64,000 nucleotides of DNA from an uncultured Oscillospiraceae bacterium (GTDB lineage: Bacteria > Bacillota > Clostridia > Oscillospirales > Acutalibacteraceae), in the NCBI GenBank assembly GCA_910588935.1, contig CAJUSM010000005.1, forward strand, positions 2,118 to 66,117, written 5' to 3'. Position 1 is the first letter of the stretch. Every line of letters starts with the position of its first letter. The position numbers and the translations under genes were made by a program. Below the pieces are notes generated by a model. That model worked only from the letters and a program-made list of their open reading frames with translations, had not been told where the DNA came from and ran no database searches. Below are positions 39,505 to 49,272 of the stretch, piece by piece.

Positions 39505-40959
39505 ATGAGCAGGATTTTCTCTGAACGGGAACTCACGATGCTGACCGACTTTTACGAGCTAACCATGGCCAATGGCTATTTCCTGGAAGGCTTTCGAGAT
39601 ACGGTCTGCTATTTTGATATGTTTTTCCGCAAGGTGCCGGACAATGGCGGCTTTGCCATAATGGCCGGGGTAGAGCAGCTGGTAGATTACCTAAAGGGGC
39701 TGCGCTTTACCCAGGAGGATGTGGACTATTTGGCTGGGCGCCATATTTTTAGCCAGGAGTTTTTGGAATACCTGCGGGATTTTCGTTTTTCCTGCGATGT
39801 GTGGGCAGTGCCAGAGGGTACGCCTATTTTTCCAGGGGAGCCCATTGTTACCGTGCGGGGCCCGGCCATACAGGCCCAGTTTATAGAGACAATGGTGCTG
39901 CTGTGCGTAAACCACCAAAGCTTAATTGCCACCAAGTCCAACCGGATTGTCCGGGCAGCCCAAGGCCGGGCGGTAATGGAGTTTGGCTCCCGCCGGGCTC
40001 AAGGCTTTGACGGCGCGGTGTATGGGGCCCGGGCTGCCTATATTGGCGGCTGTGCCGGCACCGCCTGCACCTTAAGCGACCAGCTCTTTGGCGTGCCGGC
40101 CTTGGGCACCATGGCCCACAGCTGGGTGCAGTTGTTCCCCAGCGAGTATGAGGCCTTTAAGGCTTACGCCCAGGCCTACCCCAGCAATTGCGTGCTACTG
40201 GTGGATACCTACAATGTGCTGAAATCCGGGGTGCCAAATGCCATTCGCGTGTTCAACGAGGTGCTGGCGCCCTTGGGCCACCGGCCGGCTGGCATTCGCA
40301 TCGATAGCGGCGACATCACCTATCTCTCCCGCAAGGCCAGAAAGCTGCTGGATGACGCTGGGTATGAGGACTGCCAGATTTGTGCCTCTAACTCTCTGGA
40401 TGAGTATATTATACGGGATATGCTGGCCCAGGGGGCAAAGGTGGATTCCTTTGGTGTGGGGGAGCGGCTGATCACCTCTTCCTCGGAGCCGGTGTTCGGC
40501 GGGGTATACAAGCTGGCAGGGGTAGAGAACCCGGACGGCAGCATTACCCCCAAGATCAAGATTAGCGAGAATGTGGCAAAGATTACCACCCCCTGTTTTA
40601 AAAACGTGTGGCGGTTGTTTGACAAGGAGACAGATAAGGCCATTGCGGATGTGGTTACGATGCACCAGGAGGTTATTGACGAGGAAAAGCCCTATGTGCT
40701 CTTTGACCCCAACCACACCTGGAAACGGAAAACAGTAGAAAATTTTCATGCCGTGCCTTTGCTGACTCAGATTTTTAAAGACGGCCAGTGTGTGTACACC
40801 CCCCGGGCCCTAAAGGCCATTAAGGCCTATTGCGCTGCCCAGGTGGACACATTATGGGAAGAGGTTACCCGGTTTGAGAATCCTCATAGCTACTATGTGG
40901 ATCTTTCCCAGCAGCTTTGGGAGGAGAAGAACCGGATGCTATCGGAAAAAAACTATTGA
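39505..40959 (+). CDS. pncB: nicotinate phosphoribosyltransferase
   Basis: ORF trimmed to ATG 39505 (MSRIFSERELTMLTDFYELTMANGYF); ...GTMAHSWVQ... Confidence 0.93.
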   Translation: MSRIFSERELTMLTDFYELTMANGYFLEGFRDTVCYFDMFFRKVPDNGGFAIMAGVEQLVDYLKGLRFTQEDVDYLAGRHIFSQEFLEYLRDFRFSCDVWAVPEGTPIFPGEPIVTVRGPAIQAQFIETMVLLCVNHQSLIATKSNRIVRAAQGRAVMEFGSRRAQGFDGAVYGARAAYIGGCAGTACTLSDQLFGVPALGTMAHSWVQLFPSEYEAFKAYAQAYPSNCVLLVDTYNVLKSGVPNAIRVFNEVLAPLGHRPAGIRIDSGDITYLSRKARKLLDDAGYEDCQICASNSLDEYIIRDMLAQGAKVDSFGVGERLITSSSEPVFGGVYKLAGVENPDGSITPKIKISENVAKITTPCFKNVWRLFDKETDKAIADVVTMHQEVIDEEKPYVLFDPNHTWKRKTVENFHAVPLLTQIFKDGQCVYTPRALKAIKAYCAAQVDTLWEEVTRFENPHSYYVDLSQQLWEEKNRMLSEKNY

Positions 40960-40989
40960 CAGCCAGGGGGAGCATCCACTAAAATAAGA

Positions 40990-41537
40990 ATTGTGAGCAA
41001 GCCGGGCAGTTGCGGGCGCAAGGCGAAAGCCTGCGTCTGAGGAAAGTCCGAGCTCCTCAGGGCAAGGATAACGGCTAACCGCCGCCGGGGGCGACCCTAG
41101 GGAAAGTGCAACAGAGATATACCGCCAAGAGTTAAGCCCTGAAAGGCTTAGCAGAGAATTTGATCCCCAACGGGAAAGAAAACTCTGAAGGAAAGCCCCA
41201 AAGGGGGCCTGCCGGAGAGTTGACCCCCCAACGGGAAAGAAAACTCTGAAGGAAAGCCCCAAAGGGGCTTTCCGGAGAGTTAAGCCCGTCAGGGCTTAAC
41301 TCTTGGTAAGGGTGGAAAGGCGAGGCAAGAGCTCACCGGCGCATGGGAGACCATGCGGCCCTGTAAACCCTATCCGGAGCAACACCGTGGTACTGGAACC
41401 AGCGGCAGAGCCTAAGGGCCTGTCTGCAAGCGTAGCCCTGCGCGGTTCTATGGAGGTGGCGTGAGCCCGCTGGCAACAGCGGGCCAAGATAGATGACTGC
41501 TCAAGACAGAACTCGGCTTATAGACTTGGTCACAGCA
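40990..41537 (+). ncRNA. rnpB: RNase P RNA, bacterial type A, with expanded P12
   Basis: GAGGAAAGTCCGAGCTCC (41039-), GGAAAGTGCAACAGAGA, GGTAAGGGTGGAAAGG, AGATGACTGC and ACAGAACTCGGCTTATAG. P1 pairs TGTGAGCAAG (40992-41001) with CTTGGTCACA (41525-41534). Confidence 0.9.
41165..41267 (+). repeat. 42-nt perfect direct repeat (period 61) inside rnpB P12
   Basis: CCCCAACGGGAAAGAAAACTCTGAAGGAAAGCCCCAAAGGGG at 41165-41206 and 41226-41267. Confidence 0.95.
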
Positions 41538-41562
41538 AAAAGGGCGCTTTGGCGCCCTTTTT
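41537..41562 (+). terminator. intrinsic terminator after rnpB
   Basis: AAAAAGGGCGC TTTG GCGCCCTTTTT. Confidence 0.8.
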
Positions 41563-41731
41563 GTCTTTGAGGACTGAAGCTTTCCGCTAAACCAAATCCT
41601 TCTGCAGGGAAAAACTCCTAAGGAACCATCTTTGCCCGTGCTACGGGTGAACAGCTTCTGGAGAGAGGGCGGCGGAGAAAGACTTTACCGTGAGTGAATA
41701 TGAAAATCACCGATTAGAATAAGGAGACACC

Positions 41732-42283
41732 ATGGAAAACAGCAGCATAGTGAAAGAAACAGAACGGCTGATTTTACGTAGATATAAAGAAACCGATCTC
41801 CAGGATCTGTTTCAGTATTTATCGGATGAAAAGGTTGTAGAGTTTGAGCCCTATAAACCCATGTCTCTGGAGGAGGCTAGGGAGAACCTGAAGTGGCGGA
41901 TTGGGACAGAGGAAATGATTGCCGTGGAGCTAAAAAGTTCTCACAAAATGATTGGGAACGTGTATCTAGGAAAAAGGGAGTTTGAGGCGCTGGAAATCGG
42001 ATATGTATTCCACAGAGACTATTGGGGAAAGGGCTACGCGGCGGAAAGCTGCAGGGCTCTTATCCGCCAGGCGTTCTCCCATGGAATCCACCGGATATAC
42101 GGAGAATGCGATCCCAATAATCTTAGCTCCTGGAAATTGCTGGAAACCCTTGGGTTTCATCGAGAGGCCCATTTTCACCAAAATGTGTATTTTTGGAAAG
42201 ACGAGAAGGGAAGGCCAATTTGGAAAGATACCTATGTGTACGCTAAGCTGGATACTGACAGAACAGACAATTCCGGCTTTTAG
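41732..42283 (+). CDS. GNAT family N-acetyltransferase (RimJ/RimL-like)
   Basis: 183 aa; TERLILRRYKETD; WGKGYAAESCRALIRQAF. Confidence 0.85.
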   Translation: MENSSIVKETERLILRRYKETDLQDLFQYLSDEKVVEFEPYKPMSLEEARENLKWRIGTEEMIAVELKSSHKMIGNVYLGKREFEALEIGYVFHRDYWGKGYAAESCRALIRQAFSHGIHRIYGECDPNNLSSWKLLETLGFHREAHFHQNVYFWKDEKGRPIWKDTYVYAKLDTDRTDNSGF

Positions 42284-42314
42284 AGGCAGTTAATTCCCCC
42301 TGGGAGGCCATGGT

Positions 42315-43256
42315 ATGGAGCTGGAAGACCGAAAGAAAAAACAGGCCCGAAAGGCCCGGCGAAAATTGGTTCTGTATCTCCTTTTCGGGCTGGTCCTGGC
42401 GGTGAGCCTGACCCCAAAGGGAAAGGAATTTTGGGGCAAGGCCTGTAGTGCAAGCGGCCTGAACGGCAGGGAGGTGCAGGAGCAGCTGCTGGAGATCCAT
42501 GTAATCGATGTGGGCAAGGCAGACGCCATCCTAATCCGCAGCCAGGGCCATGCCGCCCTGTTGGACGCCGGCACCGTAGGAGACGGGGACCATGTATCTG
42601 ACTACCTTTTCCGCTTTGGGGTGGAGGCGCTGGATTACGCCATTGTTTCCCACACCGACAGCGACCATATCGGCGGAATGAGCCAGGTTTTGTGGGATAG
42701 GGAGGTTCAAACCCTGATTCACAGCAGCGCGCCGGGAGAGCCTGAAACCCCAGAGTATGAAAACCTAAAAAATGCCCTCCGCCGGTTTTCAGTGGAGCTG
42801 CGGCAGGTGGAGGCAGGGGAAAGCTTTTCTCTAGGCGCGGCCCGGTTTACTGTGGTGGGGCCTATCTCCTACACTGGCAGGCCAAACGATGATTCCCTGG
42901 TGCTCCGCCTGGAGTGCGGGGATTTCTCCGCTCTGTTCTGCGGGGACGCGGAGAAAGCGGCAGAAGAGGAACTGGTGGCCTCTGGGGAGAACCTGCAGGC
43001 GGATCTGCTTAAAGTGGCCCATCATGGCAGCGCCACCTCCTCCACCCAGGAGTTTCTGGAAAGGGTGCGCCCTAGGTACGGGGTGATTTCCGTGGGGCCG
43101 GACCGGAACCGCCTGCCCAGCCAGCAGGTGCTTCAAAGGCTGGAGGAGATGGGAACCAAGGTGTTTGCCACAGATGTGGAGGGAGATATTGTCTTTTCAT
43201 ACAACGGGGAACAGCTGACGGTCCGCACCGGCCGGAAAGCCGGCAAAATTTGGTAA
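42315..43256 (+). CDS. membrane-anchored MBL-fold metallo-hydrolase (ComEC C-terminal-domain-like)
   Basis: N-terminal TM helix. HVIDVGKADAILI, SHTDSDHIGG (HxHxDH-type), KVAHHGS. Confidence 0.85.
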   Translation: MELEDRKKKQARKARRKLVLYLLFGLVLAVSLTPKGKEFWGKACSASGLNGREVQEQLLEIHVIDVGKADAILIRSQGHAALLDAGTVGDGDHVSDYLFRFGVEALDYAIVSHTDSDHIGGMSQVLWDREVQTLIHSSAPGEPETPEYENLKNALRRFSVELRQVEAGESFSLGAARFTVVGPISYTGRPNDDSLVLRLECGDFSALFCGDAEKAAEEELVASGENLQADLLKVAHHGSATSSTQEFLERVRPRYGVISVGPDRNRLPSQQVLQRLEEMGTKVFATDVEGDIVFSYNGEQLTVRTGRKAGKIW

Positions 43257-43274
43257 AGGCAAGGGGGGGTTAGA

Positions 43275-43511
43275 ATGGTCAGGCTGATTATCGACCGCAT
43301 TGAAGGGGACTTTGCTGTGTGCGAGGGCCCGAACCGGGAGATTGTGGAGATAGAGCGCGCCAAGCTGCCTGAAGGCGCTGGGGAAGGGGCTGTGCTTATT
43401 GAAGAGGACCAGGGAGAGCTCCGGCTGGACCAAGCGGCAGCCGAGGAGCGCCGGCGGCGAATACGGGAGCGGCAGCGGCGGCTGCTGGAACATAAGGGGC
43501 CATTGATTTAG
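43275..43511 (+). CDS. DUF3006-like small protein
   Basis: MVRLIIDRIEGDFAVCEG...LPEGAGEGAVL. This family typically follows ComEC-like MBL genes (from memory). Confidence 0.65.
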   Translation: MVRLIIDRIEGDFAVCEGPNREIVEIERAKLPEGAGEGAVLIEEDQGELRLDQAAAEERRRRIRERQRRLLEHKGPLI

Positions 43512-43520
43512 GGTAAATGA

Positions 43521-43554
43521 AAGGCGGGGCTGAGAGGCAGCCCCGCCTTTTTTC
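43521..43554. terminator. bidirectional intrinsic terminator
   Basis: AAGGCGGGGCTG AGAGG CAGCCCCGCCTTTTTT. Confidence 0.85.
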
Positions 43555-43573
43555 TTGTATGGAAAGCAGTCTT

Positions 43574-44767
43574 CTATTTGCTTTGCTTATAGGAGAAACG
43601 CAATGGGGTTTTTCGCCGGAGATGAAGGCCATCAATCTCTTTTCGCCGGATATGAACGCTTTGCACCAGGCCAAAGCCCAGGTATAAGCACAGGGAAGAA
43701 GAGCCCCCGGCGCTGAAAAAGGGCAGGGTAACACCCATAACCGGCAGTATGGCCAGGCACATGCCCATATTGGTAATGGACTGGAGGGCTACAATGCCAA
43801 AAAGCCCAAAACACATATACCGTCCCAAATCGTCCCGGGCGGAATTGGCCACATGAAGAACCTTTAGCATAAAGAACAGCAAGAGCAAAATAATCAGAGA
43901 ACAGCCAATAAACCCCAGCTCCTCTCCAGCTACAGAGAAGATGTAGTCGCTTTGCTGAAAGGTGACCACATTGCTGGCCACCCGGCTGCCCTGAAACAGC
44001 CCTTGCCCCCGGAACTTGCCGCTGCCAATAGAGATGCGCCCCTCGTATTGCTGGTAGCCGGTAGTCATGCGCACATCCGGGTCGGTGTCCAGGTTAAAAA
44101 CAGCCACAAAACGCTGCTTTTGGTACTCGGGCATAAAGTACCGCCACACAATGGGCAGGGAGATCAGCAAAGCGCCGGCTAAAATAGCAAAGTAGCGCAG
44201 CTGCACCCCCGCCGCCAGGCTCATGACGATAAACATAGCGAAAAACACAATGCCCGCTCCCATATCCCCCTGAAGCACACATAAGAGGATTGGCACCAAA
44301 GCATGCAAACCCAACAGGATCACCTGGCCCAGGTCGTTTAGCCGGCCCCTGGTGTTCAGTATATCCAGGTGCTTGGCGTAGGTAACCATAAAAGCAACTT
44401 TTACCAGCTCAGAGGACTGAAAGGTCCTGCCGCCAATCACAATCCAAGCCCGGGCGTCCACGCCGCCGGCGCCCTGAATCTGTTCTCCAAAAAAGTAGGT
44501 GTAAAGCATAAGGAAAACAGAGAAAGCGGCAATCAGTTTCCAGAAGTTGGAGATTTCGGCATAGTCCATGAGACTGACGATGACAGCCCCGGCCACGCCC
44601 ATGGCTACGGCAAGAAGCTGGGTGCGGAAATAATCCGCGGTGGTGGCCCGGGAAACACTTTTCAGCAGGATCAGGCTATAGGTGGAGATAATGATCAATA
44701 GGAGCCAAAGGATGAGGTCGGCGCGCTTTAGGTAGCTGCCAACGCTTTTGAAAATTTGGTTTAGCAT
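43574..44767 (-). CDS. FtsW/RodA/SpoVE (SEDS) family cell-cycle protein
   Basis: 397 aa, 10-TM pattern; SDYIFSVAGEELGFIG; LPFFSAGGSS. Confidence 0.92.
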   Translation of the reverse strand: MLNQIFKSVGSYLKRADLILWLLLIIISTYSLILLKSVSRATTADYFRTQLLAVAMGVAGAVIVSLMDYAEISNFWKLIAAFSVFLMLYTYFFGEQIQGAGGVDARAWIVIGGRTFQSSELVKVAFMVTYAKHLDILNTRGRLNDLGQVILLGLHALVPILLCVLQGDMGAGIVFFAMFIVMSLAAGVQLRYFAILAGALLISLPIVWRYFMPEYQKQRFVAVFNLDTDPDVRMTTGYQQYEGRISIGSGKFRGQGLFQGSRVASNVVTFQQSDYIFSVAGEELGFIGCSLIILLLLFFMLKVLHVANSARDDLGRYMCFGLFGIVALQSITNMGMCLAILPVMGVTLPFFSAGGSSSLCLYLGFGLVQSVHIRRKEIDGLHLRRKTPLRFSYKQSK

Positions 44768-44890
44768 AGTTTTTCCTTTTTACACGCGGGTTTTATGGTT
44801 GGGGGCGTGGAGAAAGGGCGGTTTGCAAAACGTGCCAGTGCCGGTTTCCGGTGTCTTAAAAATAAATTTTACCCCTTTGTTTCTTCTCCA

Positions 44891-45078
44891 CTAGGGCTTG
44901 TTTGAAAATAGAGGAAATGAGGGATTTTAGGCCAGAAGGGGACAATTTCAAGGAGAAGAACCGCTGTAGTTAGCTGCGCTAACTACGGCAATCTCGCGAT
45001 TGACGAGGATTTTCGACGTAGAAAGTGGCCTCTTATGACCAAAAAGACGATGTTTTCGATTTTTCAAACAAGCCCTAA
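44891..45078 (+). mobile_element. 188-bp MITE-like element (family 1), apparently intact
   Basis: Terminal inverted repeats CTAGGGCTTGTTTGAAAA (44891-44908) and TTTTCAAACAAGCCCTAA (45061-45078) match 17/18. Internal 9-bp hairpin at 44966-44986. No ORF. Confidence 0.6.
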
Positions 45079-45133
45079 TGTTGCCTATTATAGCATACCC
45101 CACTTGGTTCGGCAAGTTTTTTTGATTCGGGCT

Positions 45134-45161
45134 TTACTAATCCGGCAAGATAATTTATAAT
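45134..45161 (+). promoter_or_regulatory. candidate promoter of fhs
   Basis: TTACTA (45134-45139), 16-nt spacer, TATAAT (45156-45161). Confidence 0.45.
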
Positions 45162-45206
45162 GGGGGGAGCAAATACGAAAAAGACGGAAAGGTGTTGAGG
45201 CATGCT

Positions 45207-46883
45207 ATGATGACCGATATCGAGATCGCCCAGAGCGTAAAGCTAAAGCCCATTCAGGAGATCGGCGAAAAGCTGGGGCTGCTGGAGGACGAGCTGGAAC
45301 TCTACGGAAAGTATAAGGCAAAAATAAACGATGCCGCTTTCCACCGGCTGCAGGATAAGCCCAATGGCAAGCTGGTGCTGGTAACAGCCATCAACCCCAC
45401 CCCTGCCGGCGAGGGGAAAACTACCACTACCGCCGGCCTGGGCCAGGCTATGGCAAAAATCGGCAAAAACGCTGTAATTGCCCTGCGGGAGCCCTCTTTG
45501 GGCCCGGTGTTCGGCATTAAAGGCGGAGCCGCTGGAGGCGGCTGGGCCCAGGTGCTGCCTATGGAGGACATTAACCTTCACTTTACTGGGGACATGCACG
45601 CCATCACCTCTGCCAATAACCTGTGCTGCGCCATGCTGGATAACCATATGCAGCAGGGCAACCCCTTGGGCATTGATCCCCGGCGGATTCTCATAAAGCG
45701 CTGCCTGGATATGAACGACCGGGCCCTGCGCAACGTAATTGTGGGCTTGGGGGGCAAAATCAACGGCGTGCCCCGGGAGGACAACTTCTGCATTACCGTG
45801 GCCAGCGAGGTTATGGCCATCCTCTGCCTGGCAAAGGATATGCCAGACCTGAAAAAGCGGCTGGGGAATATCCTAATTGCCTATGATTACCAGGGTAAGC
45901 CTGTATATGCCCGGGATATCGGAGCCCAGGGGGCTATGGCCGCGTTGCTCCGAGACGCGGTGAACCCCAACCTGGTTCAGACCATTGAGGGCACCCCGGC
46001 CATTATGCACGGCGGGCCCTTTGCCAACATTGCCCATGGCTGCAACTCTGTGCGGGCCACCCGCCTGGCCCTGAAGCTGGCCGATTACTGCATTACCGAG
46101 GCGGGCTTTGGCTCCGACCTGGGGGCGGAAAAGTTTATGGATATCAAGTGCCGTATGGCTGGCCTGGCCCCAGACTGCGTGGTGGTGGTGGCTACGGCGC
46201 GGGCTTTAAAGTACAATGGCGGCGTGCAAAAGGCCGAGCTGGCAGCCGAGAATATTGAGGCCCTGAAAAAGGGAATTGTGAACCTGAAAGCCCATGTAGA
46301 GAATATGGGCAAGTTTGGCGTGCCCGTGGTGGTGGCCATTAACCGCTTTGGCACAGATACCGCTGGGGAAATTCAGGTAATTGACGATTGTTGCAAGGAG
46401 CTGGGGGTAAGCTACGCCCTTTCCGAGGTCTTTGGCAAAGGCGGCGAGGGCGGTATGGACCTGGCGGAAACTGTGTGCAAAGTCATCGAAGAAACCGCCG
46501 GAAAAACCCGCTTTGCCCCAATTTATCCCGATGAGGGCCCAGTGGAGGAGAAGATTGAGGCTGTGGCGAAGAAGATTTATGGCGCGGGCCAGGTGAATTT
46601 TACCAACCAGGCCCTGAAATCCCTGAAAGAGGTAAAGGCCTTGGGCGGGGACAATATGCCTGTATGTATTGCCAAAACCCAGTATTCCCTTTCTGATGAT
46701 CCCGCTTTGTTGGGCCGGCCCGAAGGCTTTGGGATTACCATTCGGGACCTAAAGCTCTCTGCGGGGGCGGGCTTTGTGGTGGCCTATGCAGGGGATATTA
46801 TGACAATGCCCGGCCTGCCCAAGGCGCCGGCGGCAGAAAAAATTGATGTGGACGATAATTCGGTGATTCATGGGCTGTTCTAA
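45207..46883 (+). CDS. fhs: formate--tetrahydrofolate ligase
   Basis: ORF trimmed to ATG 45207 (MMTDIEIAQ) 6 nt after GAGG; [12 protein letters not shown]. Confidence 0.96.
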   Translation: MMTDIEIAQSVKLKPIQEIGEKLGLLEDELELYGKYKAKINDAAFHRLQDKPNGKLVLVTAINPTPAGEGKTTTTAGLGQAMAKIGKNAVIALREPSLGPVFGIKGGAAGGGWAQVLPMEDINLHFTGDMHAITSANNLCCAMLDNHMQQGNPLGIDPRRILIKRCLDMNDRALRNVIVGLGGKINGVPREDNFCITVASEVMAILCLAKDMPDLKKRLGNILIAYDYQGKPVYARDIGAQGAMAALLRDAVNPNLVQTIEGTPAIMHGGPFANIAHGCNSVRATRLALKLADYCITEAGFGSDLGAEKFMDIKCRMAGLAPDCVVVVATARALKYNGGVQKAELAAENIEALKKGIVNLKAHVENMGKFGVPVVVAINRFGTDTAGEIQVIDDCCKELGVSYALSEVFGKGGEGGMDLAETVCKVIEETAGKTRFAPIYPDEGPVEEKIEAVAKKIYGAGQVNFTNQALKSLKEVKALGGDNMPVCIAKTQYSLSDDPALLGRPEGFGITIRDLKLSAGAGFVVAYAGDIMTMPGLPKAPAAEKIDVDDNSVIHGLF

Positions 46884-47319
46884 GGTCTGGGAGTTTGTCG
46901 TCCGCTCTCCCGAGGAGACCAGGGCGCTGGCTGAGCGGCTGGCCGCCTGCCTAAAGGGCGGAGAGGTCATTGCCTTTACCGGGGGCATGGGGGCGGGAAA
47001 AACCGCTTTTACCCGGGGGCTGGCCATTGGCCTGGGGGCGGGGGATGTGGCCAGCAGCCCCACCTTTGCCATTGTGAACGAGTACCCAGGGCAGATTAAT
47101 TTGGCCCACTTTGACATGTACAGAATTGAGAGCTGGGAAGACCTGGAAAGCACGGGCTTTTTTGATTATCTGAACGGTGACTGGGTGGTGGCGGTGGAGT
47201 GGAGCGAAAACATTGAGGCCGCCCTGCCGGAACAGGTGATCAAGGTAGACATCCGCCAGGGAGAAGGAGAGGAAGAGCGAAGGATTACCATAAGCGCTCC
47301 GCAATCTCTTAACCTATAG
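46870..47319 (+). CDS. tsaE: tRNA t6A biosynthesis ATPase TsaE
   Basis: 149 aa; [13 protein letters not shown]; [10 protein letters not shown]; HFDMYR. Confidence 0.88.
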   Translation: MGCSKVWEFVVRSPEETRALAERLAACLKGGEVIAFTGGMGAGKTAFTRGLAIGLGAGDVASSPTFAIVNEYPGQINLAHFDMYRIESWEDLESTGFFDYLNGDWVVAVEWSENIEAALPEQVIKVDIRQGEGEEERRITISAPQSLNL

Positions 47320-47409
47320 AAGATTGGGGAGCAAACCCGGCCCGGCGAAACCTAGATCCCCTAATCTTACGAAAAACGCGGAACAATAGAAAGGAAGGCG
47401 CGGAAAACC

Positions 47410-48102
47410 ATGACCATACTGGGTATCGATTCCTCCGCTGGCCCGGCTTCTGCCGGGGTGGTGCGGGAGGGCAGGCTGCAGGGGGATTTCTTCCTCAACA
47501 CCAAGCAAACCCACAGCCAAACCCTACTCCCTATGATCCAGTCGTTGCTGGATAATCTGGGGCTTTCCTGTGGTGAGCTGGATCAAATCGCCGTAACCCA
47601 GGGCCCCGGCTCCTTTACCGGGGTGCGGATTGGGATTGCCTGCGCCAAAGGCTTGGCTTTGCCTAGGAATACCCCCTGCCTGGGAGTCTCCACGCTGGAG
47701 GCCATTGCCTATGGCTGTCTGGGCCAGGAGGGGCAAATCCTCTGCCCGGCTATGGACGCCCGGCGGGAGCAGGTATATAATGCCCTGTTCCAGGTGAAAG
47801 AAGGGGCCCTCTGCCGGCTTACCCAGGACCGGGCCATCTCTCTGGACGAGCTGGAGGAGGCCTGCCAGGCGTATGGGGACCGGCTGATTCTGTGCGGGGA
47901 TGGGGCAGAGCTGTGCCACCGCCGGTTTGCCCGGTGGGGGGCCAGGCTGGCCCCAGAGGCCCAGCGGTTTCAGCGGGGGGCCAGCGCCGCCCTGCTGGCC
48001 CAAGGCCGGCCAGGAGAAGAGCCTGGAGAGCTGCGGCCGGTATACCTGCGGCTGCCTCAGGCGGAGCGGGAATTGAGAAAACGACAAGGAAAGGAATCGT
48101 GA
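47410..48102 (+). CDS. tsaB: tRNA t6A biosynthesis protein TsaB
   Basis: MTILGIDSSAGPASAGV; GPGSFTGVRIG. Confidence 0.88.
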   Translation: MTILGIDSSAGPASAGVVREGRLQGDFFLNTKQTHSQTLLPMIQSLLDNLGLSCGELDQIAVTQGPGSFTGVRIGIACAKGLALPRNTPCLGVSTLEAIAYGCLGQEGQILCPAMDARREQVYNALFQVKEGALCRLTQDRAISLDELEEACQAYGDRLILCGDGAELCHRRFARWGARLAPEAQRFQRGASAALLAQGRPGEEPGELRPVYLRLPQAERELRKRQGKES

Positions 48103-48105
48103 GAG

Positions 48106-48552
48106 ATGAAACTGGCAATTGGCTGCGACCACGGCGGCTTTCAGCTAAAGGAGGCCGTGCGGGCTTATCTGGAGGAGCGCCATATGGAATATGAGGATTT
48201 TGGGGCTTACAGTACCGATTCTGTGGACTACCCCCTGGTGGCGGTAAAGGTGGCCAGGGCAGTAACCGGCGGCCAGGCAGACCTGGGGGTGCTGGTGTGC
48301 TCTACAGGCATTGGCATATCCATTGCCGCCAATAAGGTGAAGGGAGCAAGAGCCTCGGTGTGTACAAACGAAGAATGCGCCCGGCTCACCAGGAAGGACA
48401 ATGATTCCAATATCCTGTGCATGGGCGGCAAGGTGGTAGATGAGGAAACAGGTCTGAGGATTTTGGAGGCCTATCTTGCCGAGGACTTTGCAGGCGGCCG
48501 CCACGCCCGGCGGGTTGGACAGATTCAGCAGATTGAGAACGGCGAGCTGTAA
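48106..48552 (+). CDS. rpiB: ribose 5-phosphate isomerase B
   Basis: MKLAIGCDHGGFQLKE; CSTGIGISIAANK. Confidence 0.93.
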   Translation: MKLAIGCDHGGFQLKEAVRAYLEERHMEYEDFGAYSTDSVDYPLVAVKVARAVTGGQADLGVLVCSTGIGISIAANKVKGARASVCTNEECARLTRKDNDSNILCMGGKVVDEETGLRILEAYLAEDFAGGRHARRVGQIQQIENGEL

Positions 48553-48608
48553 TAAAATGCCGGAGGGCAATTGGCCTTTCAAAAAATACCCAATGGAGTT
48601 GAAGTACA

Positions 48609-49247
48609 ATGCAGAATAACAAGAATGTGTTCGTTATGGACCACCCCCTGATCCAGCATAAGCTCACCTTCCTGAGGAGCAAGGACACTGGTACCAAGGA
48701 ATTCCGGGAGCTGGTCAGCGAAATTGCCAACCTAATGTGCTACGAGGCCACCCGGAACCTACCCCTAATGGATGTGGAAACCGAAACCCCTATGCAAAAG
48801 ACCACCACAAAGGTGATTGCCGGCCGCAAGCTGGCCTTTGTGCCCATTCTCCGAGCAGGGCTGGGCATGGTAGACGGTATGCTGAACCTGGTTCCTTCCG
48901 CCAAGGTGGGCCATGTGGGCCTTTACCGGGACCACGATACCCTAAAGCCTGTAGAATATTACAATAAGCTGCCCCAGGATATCAGCGAGCGGGACGTTAT
49001 TGTGCTGGATCCCATGCTGGCCACAGGGGGCTCTGCTGTGGACGCCATTGAAATTGTGAAGCGCAGCCAGCCAAAAAGCGTGAAATTCCTCTGTATTATT
49101 GCCGCGCCAGAGGGCCTGGAGGCCCTGGCCAAGGCTCACCCGGATGTGCATATCTACTGCGCGGCAGTGGATGAAAAGCTTAACGAGAACGGCTATATCC
49201 TGCCTGGGCTGGGAGATGCCGGAGACAGGATTTTCGGCACCATCTAA
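48609..49247 (+). CDS. upp: uracil phosphoribosyltransferase
   Basis: [12 protein letters not shown]; [12 protein letters not shown]; [16 protein letters not shown]. Confidence 0.95.
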   Translation: MQNNKNVFVMDHPLIQHKLTFLRSKDTGTKEFRELVSEIANLMCYEATRNLPLMDVETETPMQKTTTKVIAGRKLAFVPILRAGLGMVDGMLNLVPSAKVGHVGLYRDHDTLKPVEYYNKLPQDISERDVIVLDPMLATGGSAVDAIEIVKRSQPKSVKFLCIIAAPEGLEALAKAHPDVHIYCAAVDEKLNENGYILPGLGDAGDRIFGTI

Positions 49248-49272
49248 AAAATTGCCTGCGGGAGGCAGATCC

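Noticed and set aside
41154-41274. Tandem ~60-nt repeats as a possible mini CRISPR array
   Set aside because: There are only two and a half units with no unique spacers, and they lie inside a clearly identifiable RNase P RNA (P12). No cas genes are present.
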